Shown here: positions 31,377-32,000 of the stretch, one piece after another
Numbering within the stretch: position 1 is the stretch's first letter
How the letters are laid out: each line of letters starts with the position of its first letter
Assembly: GCF_000146505.1 (NCBI RefSeq)
Contig: NC_017448.1
Span: forward strand, 2,400,001 to 2,432,000
Direction: 5' to 3'
DNA length: 32,000 nt
Source of the DNA: Fibrobacter succinogenes subsp. succinogenes S85
Lineage (GTDB): Bacteria; Fibrobacterota; Fibrobacteria; Fibrobacterales; Fibrobacteraceae
Position numbers and translations under genes: made by a program
Notes under the pieces: model-generated
What the model saw: only the letters and a program-made list of their open reading frames with translations
Databases searched by the model: none
What the model was told of the DNA's origin: nothing

Positions 31377-31437
31377 GCAAACCACCAACCACTTTTTTTA
31401 TATTGTTCCCATCGCAATCGCGAGGTTTTTGAGGGTT

Positions 31438-32000
31438 ATGGTTCACAAGATTCACATCCCGGTGATGGGCATTTGCTATACGGCGGATACGCCGATTCGT
31501 GTAGCGCATTTGGGAATCACGTCCGTGATTTCGCTTGTGGATGATGGCCTCCTTGAAGAATACCGCATGGCTTATGCAGAACGCTTGGGCCTTGACTTGG
31601 GCTCTCCGCAGACAACTCGCATTGGCCGCATCCGCTCGTATTTGGACTTTGTTGCAGACGAAGTAGAACGCAAGTTTACGCGTCTTTGTGCGTGCCGTTT
31701 TGATGGCGGTAGCGACAAGGACCTTTATTTTCTGATGCTTCCGCTAGATTCCAGGCTCCGCGTGGAATACGATGGCATTTTTGCAAAGACGGGGCTTGCC
31801 CGCATTGCAGCCGAGGCGGCCCTCACCGAGAAAATGGAACCGGGCGAAATCCAGGCAAACATCATGGTTGGCCTCAATCACGAAGAGGCTGCTTTTGATG
31901 CGGTTCGCGGCTTTGCCGCTTCAAAGGTATCGGGAGCGCTTGTTCTCAGCGCGGGCGTGAACTTGTCCGTTTTTGAAGAAATTGCAAAGTGCAAGGACTT
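31438..32000 (+). CDS. Hypothetical protein, 3'-truncated by the window edge
   Basis: I translated this frame by hand, as it is not in the supplied track. ATG 31438 follows a GAGGG Shine-Dalgarno. The frame (MVHKIHIPVMGICYTADTPIRVAHLGITSVISLVDDGLLEEY...) stays open to position 32000 with codon usage like the neighbouring genes. I recognise no family. Confidence 0.55.
   Translation, partial: MVHKIHIPVMGICYTADTPIRVAHLGITSVISLVDDGLLEEYRMAYAERLGLDLGSPQTTRIGRIRSYLDFVADEVERKFTRLCACRFDGGSDKDLYFLMLPLDSRLRVEYDGIFAKTGLARIAAEAALTEKMEPGEIQANIMVGLNHEEAAFDAVRGFAASKVSGALVLSAGVNLSVFEEIAKCKD

Noticed and set aside
29716-31437. A genomic island or integrative element inserted at tRNA-His.
   Set aside because: No integrase, transposase or direct repeat of the tRNA 3' end is visible on either side within the window. 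The neighbouring genes have ordinary composition.

Overview
This 32-kb chromosomal segment reads as Fibrobacter (F. succinogenes-like), because it is dominated by the two paralogous protein families typical of that genus. (i) 1-2.5 kb holds the tail of a Na+-translocating biotin-dependent decarboxylase operon: an OadG-like membrane anchor, a biotin carrier and the beta subunit. (ii) 2.5-27.6 kb holds four same-strand cassettes. Each opens with a ~285-aa HTH-like 'TIGR02147-type' protein preceded by a conserved, position-locked upstream region. Each is followed by 1-3 lipoproteins that share a ~270-aa N-terminal module and carry 1-2 C-terminal FISUMP (Fibrobacter succinogenes major paralogous, TIGR02145/PF09603-type) domains. 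That gives 8 lipoproteins and 15 domain copies. One AT-rich, opposite-strand AAA ATPase gene interrupts the array, and a GLUG-repeat secreted protein ends it. (iii) 27.7-32 kb holds a Cache-HAMP-SpoIIE (PP2C) sensor phosphatase, tRNA-His, a small protein with two CCCH-type motifs, a ComEC-type metallo-beta-lactamase lipoprotein, a repeat-dense spacer and an ORF running off the window. I saw no transposase, integrase, CRISPR array or reverse transcriptase. The best candidate for an undescribed system is the regulator-plus-lectin-like-lipoprotein cassette array. Its notable features are fixed-position palindromes, apparently leaderless regulator genes translationally coupled to exported lipoproteins, recent intragenic domain duplications, a GC-composition mosaic, an in-frame TAG in one member, and a REP-like 'GTCATTCCCGC..GCGGGAATCTCC' hairpin element found once between genes and twice in frame inside coding linkers. 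Family names come from my memory of motifs. No database search was run.
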